The notes below the pieces were generated by a model. The model made no database searches. It saw nothing but the letters and a program-made list of their open reading frames with translations, and was not told the DNA's origin. A stretch of DNA of 57,252 bases, filler included, from Circinaria calcarea (Eukaryota): NCBI GenBank assembly GCA_051942165.1. It is 4 parts of 4 records of this genome, joined end to end, with 100 filler letters (N's around TTAATTAATTAA, not from the genome) between each part and the next. Parts side by side here need not be neighbours in the genome. Positions count along the whole stretch, not along the records: positions 1 to 14,250 come from JAVECS010000447.1; 3 more parts are not named here. The stretch is one strand, 5' to 3'. Positions 1 through 10,845 of the stretch are shown here, one piece after another (position 1 is the first letter of the stretch; every line of letters starts with the position of its first letter). Made by a program: the position numbers and the translations under genes.

Positions 1-54
1 ACCAAAAAACCTAGAGCTTGGCGTGAACGACTACGGTACCTAGAGATAAATTGC

Positions 55-300
55 ATGGATATGGATATGGATATGGGTGTATTCAAGCCAACCTCCTGCC
101 TATGGCCCGTTTGGGATGGGGATGGGGATGGGGATGGGAAACAAGCTCATAGCGAGGTGGACAAAGCTGCCCAGAATTTGATGGTTTGATGTTTTGTTTA
201 ACTTTTATTATTTACAGAAGACGGGGAAGGGGGAGCCTCGAAGGGCCCAGGGGTCAGGGGTCAGGGCAGAATATGCCAGACATCAATCAATCAATCAAAT
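55..300. repeat. Cluster of short simple repeats (GGATAT x3, GGGGAT-like x4, GGGTCAG x2, CAAT x3-4)
   Basis: Directly visible at about 56-76, 113-138, 250-266 and 281-298, downstream of the GH47 stop. Confidence 0.7.
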
Positions 301-452
301 CTGATCTGTCTTCTCCCGAAACTAAAAACCCAGAATCCCAACTCCCCAAAAATGCAACCGCGCCTGAAGCGGAGCAATGGAAACCGGGAGAGGTTCCGTA
401 GGATAACAGCCATTCATGAAAAAAGCCATGCAAGGTATCAGTAACCCGGATG

Positions 453-3400
453 CTATTTCAATCGCGGTACGCCAGGTCTTCGAAAAGGGTGGGCTTCGGT
501 ATTCCTAGCCATCCCGTATTAGCAAGCTATATATACCAAGGGGGAAAACGCGTCCACGTCCATTCAAGGATCGCCCAAACTTACAGTACATACTCATCCA
601 AGCTAATGAGCTCGGGATCGCTAAATAGCAGGTAAAAGTACTTGAGTGTCTCACTCAGCCAAAACGATTCCATTTCGTCCAACAACGGCGGATCGGCTAT
701 CGTGACATCTCCTAGCGCCGAGTTGCCATATACGGTTTTGGTGTGCCGTTGGATGGCCTGGAACATTTTCCAGCCCTTCTCGCGCCAGATCTCGTCGCCG
801 GTGACTCGGTACATGATGAACACGGACTCGATGGCCTCGGGTCTGTGTGCGATCAAACCGTTAGTCTTCTATGTTACGGTCGGTATAGTACGATTTACTC
901 TTACCGGAGGATATATTTATAGCTGGTGAAGCCGGTGACTCCAATCGGTAGTCTTAGCGCTTTTCTCTTCCTTTCAGCAAACTTCTCAGGTGTGGGAGAT
1001 GGTGTCAGAGTATCAAGGGCAGCCTTTATATCTTCTTCGATTTCCGATTCAGGCCCTGTTACGATGATAGCATTGGCGCTGTCCATCGGAGGCTGCGATT
1101 TGGGCAGCTCATTGGACGCAAGTGTATGTTTTGCGTTGGCTCGAGGCTCGTTCTGTACAAACTCTAGCTGCCTCTTCGTAAGAGGGCCACTGATGACCGG
1201 GGTCGAATTAGACTCTGACCCTGATGTGACTTGCGTTTCTGCTGGATCATCATTAACCAAAGATGCTCCCTCTAGTGTACTTCGTGTTGGCGAAGGTCGC
1301 TGTTGCTGTTGTTGCCTCTGATGCTGTTGGTCTGCTCGAAGTAAAGCTTGTTGAGATGATCGCGGACTCTGTTCTCCATGTGTTGGATTTGGATCGAGGC
1401 TGTCGTTCCAACGGGTTTGGTTCCAATCACACTTATCCATATTATCACAAGGCATCATCGTAAAGCCTTCGGCCATGATACCGGTAGTGGTTGATTCATA
1501 TGCCCATACACATCCATCTGTAAGCTTCGCGGCAATAATCAGGTCTGCTTCTCGATCAAATATCCTTGAACCCATCGCATACATTCCACCAGCAAAACAT
1601 AGTAGATGTTCCTGCTGTGGATGGAGACGCAACTTCCCGGGAATGTTTGGTTTCCCTGGAAGTAATGCTCTACCCAGGACAAGGATATCTCGAGCATCAG
1701 GAAGCATGGGCCGAAACAATAAGTATTTGTTAGCTGCTTCAACTGCATGCTCGTACATTGTTCGATATTGTAACTTCAAGCCTCCCAAGAGGAGGTATTG
1801 CTTTGGCAAATACTCATAAATAGAGTCAGCCTCACCACCAAGGCCATATTTCTCGTTGATGCCTATAGGCGAAGAGGCAAGACCTTGCGGCTCACACTTC
1901 GTCTTTTCTGCTAATAGAGTTTGTGGAATGGTATCGCCTTTCTGCTTTATGGCTTCAAAATCATGAGCAGATGCTTTGGACTTAGGGCCAGAACTATCGA
2001 GCAATATCGAACTATTCCACGCTTTTGAAGGGGAACCTGGTGGCGAGGCAGCAGTGCCCATGTTCTCCATCGCTAGCTGTCTCTTACTCGTTTCTGGGGG
2101 GTTTTGTGCATAATCCGCTGGGGAAGCATGCCTGCGAGTCGGCGCTATTCCTGCCTCATCAGTATCGATACCGTCATCCCATTGCTGGGATTTTGACTTA
2201 GAATTTCGACCCTCCGCAGTAGGCGTAAGAGCTTCAGATTCAGAAGACATGGTTTTACGTGAGGTTGCTTTTCCTGACTCTTCACTATCAAGAGTGGCAT
2301 GCGAGCTCTGGATATTTGCCTTGTGAAGGGGCGCTTCCGTGCCAGATAAGACAGACTCAGTTTTATCGTCAATGACCTTGGCCTCATTCCCACTAGAATG
2401 GTGAGACTTTGCTGTTGCCGGCGCCAGGATCTCGTCTACGGCTGGTGGTTTTGGAACTGTGGAAGGCCTAGGATCATTGAGAAGGGAATGCTCCACTGGG
2501 GTGGCGTGAACCTGTTCGGGTTGCTTGCAACCTGAGGCATCAACAGAAAGCGGCCACAGTCCAGGAATTTTCGTGTTGTTTTGCCAGATTTCAAATTCGT
2601 TTGTAATTCGAGCAACGGCGTCATAGTATTTGGGCTCCTTTGTAATTTGAGCAAGTCTTGTAAACTCTACGGAAAGCGAGCCAATTTCTGCAAGAACAAC
2701 ACTTGTACTCGCACGGTGAGGCTGCGATGCAAATGCACTACAAATGTATTAGCACAAGTCCCAGAAACCGGTGTGCCTTACTCACGGTTTCCAGTGATAA
2801 TACGTAACAGGCATTCGATTAGGGGTATCGAAAGCGCCCATCAAAACCTCGGCCAGCTCTACAGCTTTGTCTAAAAGAACCCTATACTTACCACCACTTA
2901 AGTCATAGGCTGACAGAAGGCCACCAAGATACCTAATGGTTGTCTCAAATAGCGGGATATCGTTCCTGGCGCTTGTTGTGAAATCAATTTTCCCAACAGC
3001 CGAAGCTGCCTGCTTAAAGTCGTCTTCCATCTGCATTATCCATAGCGTATCTAGAGAGTCCACCAGAGTTGCTGCCCATCCACAAAACGGATTTCTAGAT
3101 TTGCCGGACATTGGTCTCAACTCGTCTTCAAGCCATGCGTGTTCCTTGTATCCCTTCCATGCATGTTGAAATGTCTCTCTAATGGTCTTCTGTTTTCGCT
3201 CCCGATCAATCCTAGCGCTTGGCGACTCATCCCTAAAATTATGCTGGATTTTAGGGATAGACACAGGTGTGCCAGATGGCAATTGTATGATGCTATCCGA
3301 GGGTACGGGGAAGTGTTCGGTATGTCGGCTCCAATGAATTATAGGTTTATCTGTGGGCAAAGGCCCAACTTCGTGTCTGCCATGACCTCCTTGGGCGGGG

Positions 3401-3843
3401 AGTGTATCATTGTTTCCTGGCGCTACTTTCGGTAGACCGGCATTCGCTGGTGCATTGGTAACTTCCGGGGACTCCTGTACGCTAGTCTCTCCTACGCTGG
3501 CAGTGGTTGATATAGTTGACGGTGTGGATGTTTTTTGCACTTTGGCTTTTGTGTTCGAGGTCGAATCCCCGGAGGGGACCAACGATAGCGGTGTTGCTAC
3601 TTTGGTGAGCTGTGAAGTAATCAAAGGAATTGGTGAACTCGTAATATGCTGGGTCTGTATTTGCACCGGCTGGGCCACTGGAGTAGTCGTCGCCGTCTTA
3701 TCCTTAAGGCCATATTTCCTCAATCCCTCGACGCTCGCTGCGGTTGCATCTTCCAGATTGCGGATGCTGGTAAAGTGATACAGCGCCGCAATTGTGAAGA
3801 CGGCAAAGACCACGAAAATGCGATACCGCCGGAATCGGAGCAT
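453..3843 (-). CDS. Class I alpha-1,2-mannosidase (glycoside hydrolase family 47), type II membrane protein; exons 3843-2786, 2737-905, 842-585, 504-453
   Basis: N-terminal TM anchor. GH47 motifs [96 protein letters not shown] and terminal LNTEAHPF are restored when three GT-AG introns (2785-2738, 904-843, 584-505) are removed. Confidence 0.93.
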
Positions 3844-4649
3844 ACCTGTGGCCTCACCGTCTCTACGACAGCAGATGCGGGGGGAGTCACGTGCTCACGT
3901 CCAATACCTTTGGGATAGAAACGCTCGCGGATCCGTCGAAGCCTGACAGCGAGCTACTTAGGGAGGCGAGCATGGCAATCTCTCGCTATTGTAGATATTA
4001 TAAAACGAGAGAACATGTATGTACAGAGTAAAAGAAAACACTCTACGGAGTACAATGTAGCCTGGATCATGGCCGAGAGCTTGGCAGGCGTCAGGGGCTC
4101 CTCCCACGTGAAGGCGCTGGGATTGAGGATCGAAACTCCGACACCCGGTTCAAACAGCAAACTAGAGGAGTCTCGGAGTCGTTTCAGCGAAGGGGGTAAG
4201 CCTTAGAGTAAACCTTGTAACATATATAATATCATGACCCGCCGTCTCCATACTTTACTTACTTGGACTGTGACTTTGAAAATTCACGCGAGAGATTGAA
4301 TAACACCGAGCGCATGCATTCTCACCATGTCGGAACAATGTTATGCTAAAGAGAGATTTGGATGTGTGAATTTGTAATACGGAGGCAATTGATGCCGTTA
4401 GAGCTCTTAGAATCTGCGAGGTCTTGCAGGTGGCTCCATACACTAGAAACCAAACACTCATTCCGGGAACGAGCGCGATTTCAGTTGAAAGGTATGGAAT
4501 CGTCCGCCTGAGAGGCTCCTCTTGCATCCCAATCTCCTTGATTGCAACACTGGGCACATATTGTACAACGGCTTGTCTATTTGGTATAATCGCTTTTCCG
4601 TAAACTCATGACACCATCCTACGCCAGTCATGCAAGCGAACAGCCCGGC

Positions 4650-6757
4650 CTAGCCTTCTCCTTCGCCAGGTCCGGGACCTTGTTGTCGACCCTGTCGAAC
4701 GTCAGTTATCAATCCATCGAGCACTCGAGCCTCGAAAAGGCTTACCATTTGTCTCGCTTTCAGAAGCTCATCGCAGAGAAGTAGATTTGAAGCTATACCC
4801 GCGCTGGAAGCAATACAGTTTCGGAGGACCCGGAAAGAGTCATATATGCCTTCTTGGATTGGGTCCATGGGTTCGCCCGTTACCAAATTCAGGCCAACCA
4901 CATTTCCTTCTGCTTGTTCATCCTGTAGCGCCGCCACTAGAGTGGAGTGCGTTAGTCTAGATCACACAGAGCAACATGCTTCTACTTACAGCTATCCTGG
5001 ATGTCATGCCCCGAATTAGCTGCTAGCGTCTTAGGTATTATCAATAGCGCGTCAGCGAAAGCTGACACGCCATATTTAGCCTTGCCCTTAACTTCTCTTC
5101 GGAAGGCCTCGCTCGAAAGACGAGCGGCGCAAGCCACTTGGAAGGCGCCTGCTCCAGGTACAACACTTTTGTCAACAATCATATTGTACACACTTCGTAG
5201 ACCGTCCCGTACGGCATCAGTTATCTGCGTTATCGTATGGGCGTTGGGGCCTTTGATCAAGAGAGTAACCGATTTCGGATCTTTGACGTCCTCCTAATTC
5301 ATGGTAAGCAGGACCTTGACTCGGAGTTAATAACTTCGATGACTTACAATAAAGGTATATTTTTCCTCACCCAGTTGGTGCTCGTAAACCAGACCAGCCC
5401 AACCGAGTACATCAGGAGTTAGGTCATCAACACTATTTTGTGCAGTGCCGCCGCAGACAAGCTGTAATCTCTCCATATTTCTCCTCTTGGCTCTTCTTAA
5501 TGCGTAGATGCCATTCTTCACCAGTACGTCCAAGCTCAATGGATCTATCCCTTTCTGGTTGATAATCACAAACCCCTTCTTTGGATCATTGCCACAGACC
5601 TCCTTCTTCAGCTCAACAATCTTGCGTAGCTTATCGTCCACAAACCTTCGCTCGCTCTCCACAAGCTTTTCTCTTTGATCGGCGCTGGAATAATAGAATC
5701 CCGAGTTCACTTCCGACTTTTCATACTCCAGACTCACATTTAGAGTCAGGATATATGCGTTCTCGACACGCTTGGGCATATCGGGATGCCTGGCACCGTG
5801 ATCCAGAGCTAAGCCTTTGATCAGAGAGGTATCTGCAGCAGTGCGATGTTGCATTTTCATGATTTCAATCATGTGTAGATCGGGTTTATCGGGAGCATGA
5901 TAGATGGCAAGGACAGCGTCGACAATGGCCGGTGTGAGTTTCTCTGCCAGCGTACCCTCGAGTTTTGTGGATAGCGAAGTTCGAGCTACAGAAAGTAGTA
6001 GCTCGCGATCAACATCCTTCTGCAGCTTGAATTCGTCAAGAAACTACAAAGCGAATCAGCCCAAGATTCGACATCCATCGTTGCAGATCAAAATGGATAC
6101 CTTCAAAGTCTCTGCTTTCGCAATCTCATAGCCGTCGGTGATTACTCGAGGATGCAAGCCTTCAGAGATGTATCTGTCTGCCTGCTTCAGCAGCTCTCCG
6201 ACCATGAGAACTACTGAAGTAGTTCCATCGCCGGTGATATCGTCTTGTGCCGTCGCTGCTCGCGCAATCATAACCTTGGAGAGATTAGAACCCTGCCTGA
6301 GCTTGAAAGTCCGTAACATACTGCCGTAGGGTTTTGTATTTGCTAGTTTCAAAGTCAGCTGTGCCTATGGGACATACTCGGAGCTCCTGTTATTTACCAT
6401 TTCCCGCAGAAGAACGTTCCCATCTTTCGTAAGCTTGATCTAACACAGGATTAATTCCCCGTCCAACTGCATGAAAACAGTGCGTACTGATCCTGCCCCG
6501 TCGACCAGCCTGATGGTTTGTTAGTGATAAGTTCTCCCGTCCATTTACTTTGGTTCTCGTACATTTTCAGAGTACCCGAAGGCCCCAGATTAGATTTCAG
6601 AACATCCTGTAGACCTTCTCCAGCGGATATGTTGACCTTTAAAGCTTCGCCGCGCCTCTATCGACTTGTGAGCACATGCTCCATTCTAGAGGGGAGAGAA
6701 TGGTTCAATGCCTACCCTCGACTCCGCCTTTGGGTTCAAAAGTTGAGCTGCTGACAT
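4650..6757 (-). CDS. CCT6: T-complex protein 1 subunit zeta (chaperonin CCT6), about 10 exons
   Basis: Starts [14 protein letters not shown]; motifs [76 protein letters not shown]; nine GT-AG introns join the ORF fragments in frame. Confidence 0.96.
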
Positions 6758-7140
6758 AATTGCCGGATAGTTATGAGTATATGCTCTACCCCAGGTGAAT
6801 ACGGTGCAAGTGATTCTCAAAACTCCCCACTTGAGATTCAGATCAAATACAAATATCGCGTGAGAGCGGAATTTCTTTAAATTGCGCGACTGGTGCAAAT
6901 ACCTTACCATAACCGTAAAATGTCGCTAAAGAAATCGACACCACTAATATATACAAAGCTATCTAGCTGTGGACTCAGGATGCACGATTATTACCATTAG
7001 CTGATGAGTCAATACTCACAAAAAGCGTGGTATTATATCTGGCATCCTCTAAGAGACTGAGAGCATCAATTTCAGAGATGCGTAATAATTAAGTAACGCG
7101 AGCAATTTTACGTCCAATTCTACGAATTCTCTCCGCGAAG

Positions 7141-8816
7141 ATGTCGGTCGATTACCTTCTGCACGAGTCGTCGGTGGGATATGCGATTTTCCAAGTAGTT
7201 CATCAGGCAGATACGGTCGGCAACCGACTCAAAGAGGTTCAGGATTCGGTACAGGTAATTACCATAGCCTGCGAATCTGGCAGTTTAAGACGTTGACAGT
7301 ATGCAGGATCTTGCCAAATTTGGGAAGATGGTGAAGCTTGTCAGTTTCGCGCCGTTTCAGTGAGCCAGCCGACTATCACAACTCTCAGCCTTTACTGAGA
7401 TTCATATTAGGGGAGCAGCTCAAGCGCTAGAGAATGCGAATGAAGTTTCGGAGGGCATTGCGCCAGAGTACCTACGCTCGCTGTTGGAAGTCAATCTACC
7501 TAGAACTGGGAAGAAGAACAAGATCACCCTTGGCGTTGCAGACAAGAATCTTGCTGGTAGCATCAAAGCCGCTTTCCCAGGGGTCGAATGCGAAACCGGA
7601 GATACAAGCGAAGTTGTCCAGGATATGCTACGAGGTATTCGGCAGCACGCCCCAAAGATGCTGAAGCAACTGCAGGAAGGTGATGTCGAGCGAGCGCAGC
7701 TCGGTCTTGGGCATGCCTATTCGAGGGCTAGGGTTAAGTTCAGTGTGCAGAAGAATGATAACCACATCATTCAAGCAATTGCAACGCTAGATCATCTAGA
7801 CAAAGCTATCAACATGTTCTCGATGAGAGTACGGGAGTGGTATTCGTGGCATTTTCCTGAGCTCATAAGGATTGTCTCGGAGAACCATCAGTACGCCAAG
7901 CTAGCCCTATTCATCGGCGACAAGAAACGATTATCAGATAAAGATCTCCACGATCTAGCCGCTCAAGTGAACGATGATTCCGAGATCGCACAAAGTATCA
8001 TTGATGCCGCAAGAGTCAGTATGGGTCAAGATATCTCAGAGACGGATATGGAAAATGTTACAACGTTTGCATCAAGGGTTGTCAGCCTTGCCAATTACCG
8101 CAAAACCCTATATAGCTATCTGGTATCAAAGATGGGTATCGTAGCGCCTAACCTTGCAGCATTAATCGGTGAAATCGTGGGAGCACGGCTGATCTCGCAT
8201 GCGGGAAGTTTGACAAGTCTAGCAAAGTACCCAGCCTCTACGGTGCAAATTCTAGGAGCTGAAAAGGCCCTCTTTCGAGCGCTCAAGACCAAAGGCAATA
8301 CCCCCAAATATGGGCTAATATATCATTCCTCGTTCATCGGAAGAGCAGGCCAAAAGAACAAAGGCAGAATATCCAGATTCCTAGCAAACAAGTGCTCGAT
8401 TGCATCAAGGATAGATAATTTCTCTGAAGCCCCTACAACTAAGTTTGGCAATGCCCTAAAGAAGCAGGTGGAGGAGAGACTCGAGTTTTACGCTTCGGGC
8501 GCAACCCCTACTAAAAACGAGCTTGCAATGGTACGTGGTAGTCATAAATACGAGTTTAATGGGGCAACAAGCTAACGCCAAGAAGAAAGGGGCAATGGAC
8601 TCGGTACTTGCGGATCTTGACGTTGATATGGACGATGTCCTAGGGGGTCCAGATATCACCCCTAGAGGTGTGCGGAAGCAAGAAGAACTGAAGAAGGATA
8701 AGGATGGGAAAAGGTCGAAGAAGGATGACAAGTCTGAAGAAAAGAAAAAGCGTAGGCATAGTGATATAGACGGAGGGGCAGAAGGGAAGAAGAGGAAAAA
8801 GAGTAAAAAGGAGTGA
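7141..8816 (+). CDS. NOP56: Nucleolar protein 56 (box C/D snoRNP core)
   Basis: Starts [20 protein letters not shown] domain motifs [64 protein letters not shown]-rich tail after the last intron (donor 8531). Confidence 0.95.
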
Positions 8817-9080
8817 TCGTCTGTTATAGGGCCATCTCCACCACCTCTTGGCTTTGTGGTTATTTATCTGTGCATGGCGCTCTGGAGCTTGCATAGCCTC
8901 TCTATGCACGTGCTGAGAAAACTCCTCGGAATTTTCCTGGCTATGTACATATATGTATAGTTCCTTCCACCACACAGCCACGGGCATGATCGATGTGACG
9001 TCTAAATTAGGATTCTAGCCGCTTGACATAGAATTCATGTCCGACCTTTCCATGAACTGATACCTCCACATGGAACCTCT

Positions 9081-10217
9081 CTAGCCAGCTTCCCCGAAGT
9101 CGTAATGCCCGGTTTCCTTCGCATGTTCCGTTGCACCCTTCTCCCCCTTGAAACTACCCCCGCAAACGTTACAGCGTACGGTAAAAGCCCCCGTATCTGT
9201 GTAATAATGCTGTCGTTGCAACACCCTACACAGCTCCACCGCCGTCTCCAGCACCGCCTGGTCCACCGCATCGAAGATCTTCTCATCGAACTCAGGCGGC
9301 GCATACGCGGTCGTATACGGTGGATCCGAAGCGGAAAGGGCAATGACATCGTAATGGATCCCAGAATAGACGAGAATACATCGCTTCGGCTTCCCTTCGT
9401 TCCAGCGATCCACCCGTAAAGTCTGTACGTCAATGGAGCAGATTTCGATATCAAAGTGCTTGCTCAGAATATCCAATTCGATAGCTCCGCCCCAGGAGTT
9501 CTCGCTCTGGATCCATCGGCAGTAATCGTCTGGATCTTTCTCCAGCACAACGGCTGGGTACTCTTCTGGGTGCGCTTGGATGTGCTGGGCGATAACAGAG
9601 CGGAGCTCGGTCATGTTGTCCATGGCGCCGAAGTAGGCGGAGTTGAAGGCGCGGAAGAGGCACGAGTTGTCGTCGGGCATGATGCGGAGGAGGAGCGTTG
9701 CGGCGTGAGAGGGAAGGGGAAGCTCAGGGGCATCGAGCTCTTGCTGTTTGCGCGCGAGCGAGAGTGGAGGGGTGTTGTTTGCACGGCTTGGTTGACGTTT
9801 AGTGGTTGTTTTGGAATCCATAGAGTTAGGTGGCGCTTTAGCAACGCCGGTGAACGAGAAGGACGGTGGGGTCTCCTGTTGAGCTCTTCTGCTTGGATCA
9901 TTCACTGAAGGAACAGCGGATTTCTTTTGAGACCTCAGACAATCTGATAGCCCACTTGCCGTCGTGGTAACACCTGACGAGTTTGGTTTTTCACTCACGA
10001 TCAGTTGTTCACCATCGAATTTAACATCAAGATCTGAGAGCAATGATGATTTGGAGTACCCTTCTAGTTGAAGGGGCTTCGGCGGGTATCCGTACTTGAT
10101 CTCGAAGTTGGCTATCCCGGTCTTGTTCGTGATCTGTTCTTGCAGGTCTCCAATATTTGCAGCATCCGGTAGGGTAAGAACCGATTGTCCTGCAGGTCCG
10201 CGTACTCTGATCCGCAT
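9081..10217 (-). CDS. OTU1: Ubiquitin thioesterase OTU1 (UBX-like + OTU + C-terminal zinc finger)
   Basis: Single-exon 378 aa ORF; MPDDNSCLF catalytic motif, WGGAIEL, YSGIHYD, C-terminal CNVC...HAKETGH zinc finger. Confidence 0.95.
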   Translation of the reverse strand: MRIRVRGPAGQSVLTLPDAANIGDLQEQITNKTGIANFEIKYGYPPKPLQLEGYSKSSLLSDLDVKFDGEQLIVSEKPNSSGVTTTASGLSDCLRSQKKSAVPSVNDPSRRAQQETPPSFSFTGVAKAPPNSMDSKTTTKRQPSRANNTPPLSLARKQQELDAPELPLPSHAATLLLRIMPDDNSCLFRAFNSAYFGAMDNMTELRSVIAQHIQAHPEEYPAVVLEKDPDDYCRWIQSENSWGGAIELDILSKHFDIEICSIDVQTLRVDRWNEGKPKRCILVYSGIHYDVIALSASDPPYTTAYAPPEFDEKIFDAVDQAVLETAVELCRVLQRQHYYTDTGAFTVRCNVCGGSFKGEKGATEHAKETGHYDFGEAG

Positions 10218-10845
10218 AGTAGCTAGTGCTAACTAGTCTGGACTAAAAAGTAACAACAGGATCAGAAAGAAAAGGGAAAAGGACTACAACAAGTCCGTCA
10301 ACAGTCAAAGGTACGAAGAATGTGGATCAAATTAGCATGCGTTGTGTTTTTAACGATGCTTGGGAGAATTCAAAAGAGGATGATGTCGTTGAATTTTTTC
10401 CAGTACGGGAAAGCAGCGATTCAGACTAGTCGAGTAAATCTGACAAATGGTCTATGACTCTATCTGACTGGCTTAGTCTACACAGATGTAAGGGAAAGAC
10501 GCATGAAAGAGTAAGAACCTAAGAAATTATATTATGTTAATTTGTAGATATGGCACTCTCTCAGGCACCTGTATTCTTTATTTCCTTGCGAGTGGCTTTC
10601 CTTTATTGCCGAGAATTGCGCATAGAATACGCCACATGTGGCACGTGCTTCGAGAACATGGATTGATGGCCCAGTAGCTCCGTAGCGCTGTCGATCATTA
10701 TAAAACACCCGTCAAGCCTAAAAGTACCTCCCTCGCGTCTTCAACACCATCCCCACGTATTTCTCTCTCGATTTGGGGAATACGTGTAGCTTTTATTGCA
10801 TGGCATAAATAGATATTGTTAGTATTCATAGGGAGTCGCGCAGCC

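Noticed and set aside
8577..8585. Tandem AAG/AAG acceptors in the last NOP56 intron
   Set aside because: Would change only one Lys, and the first AG is probably too close to the branch point; ordinary.
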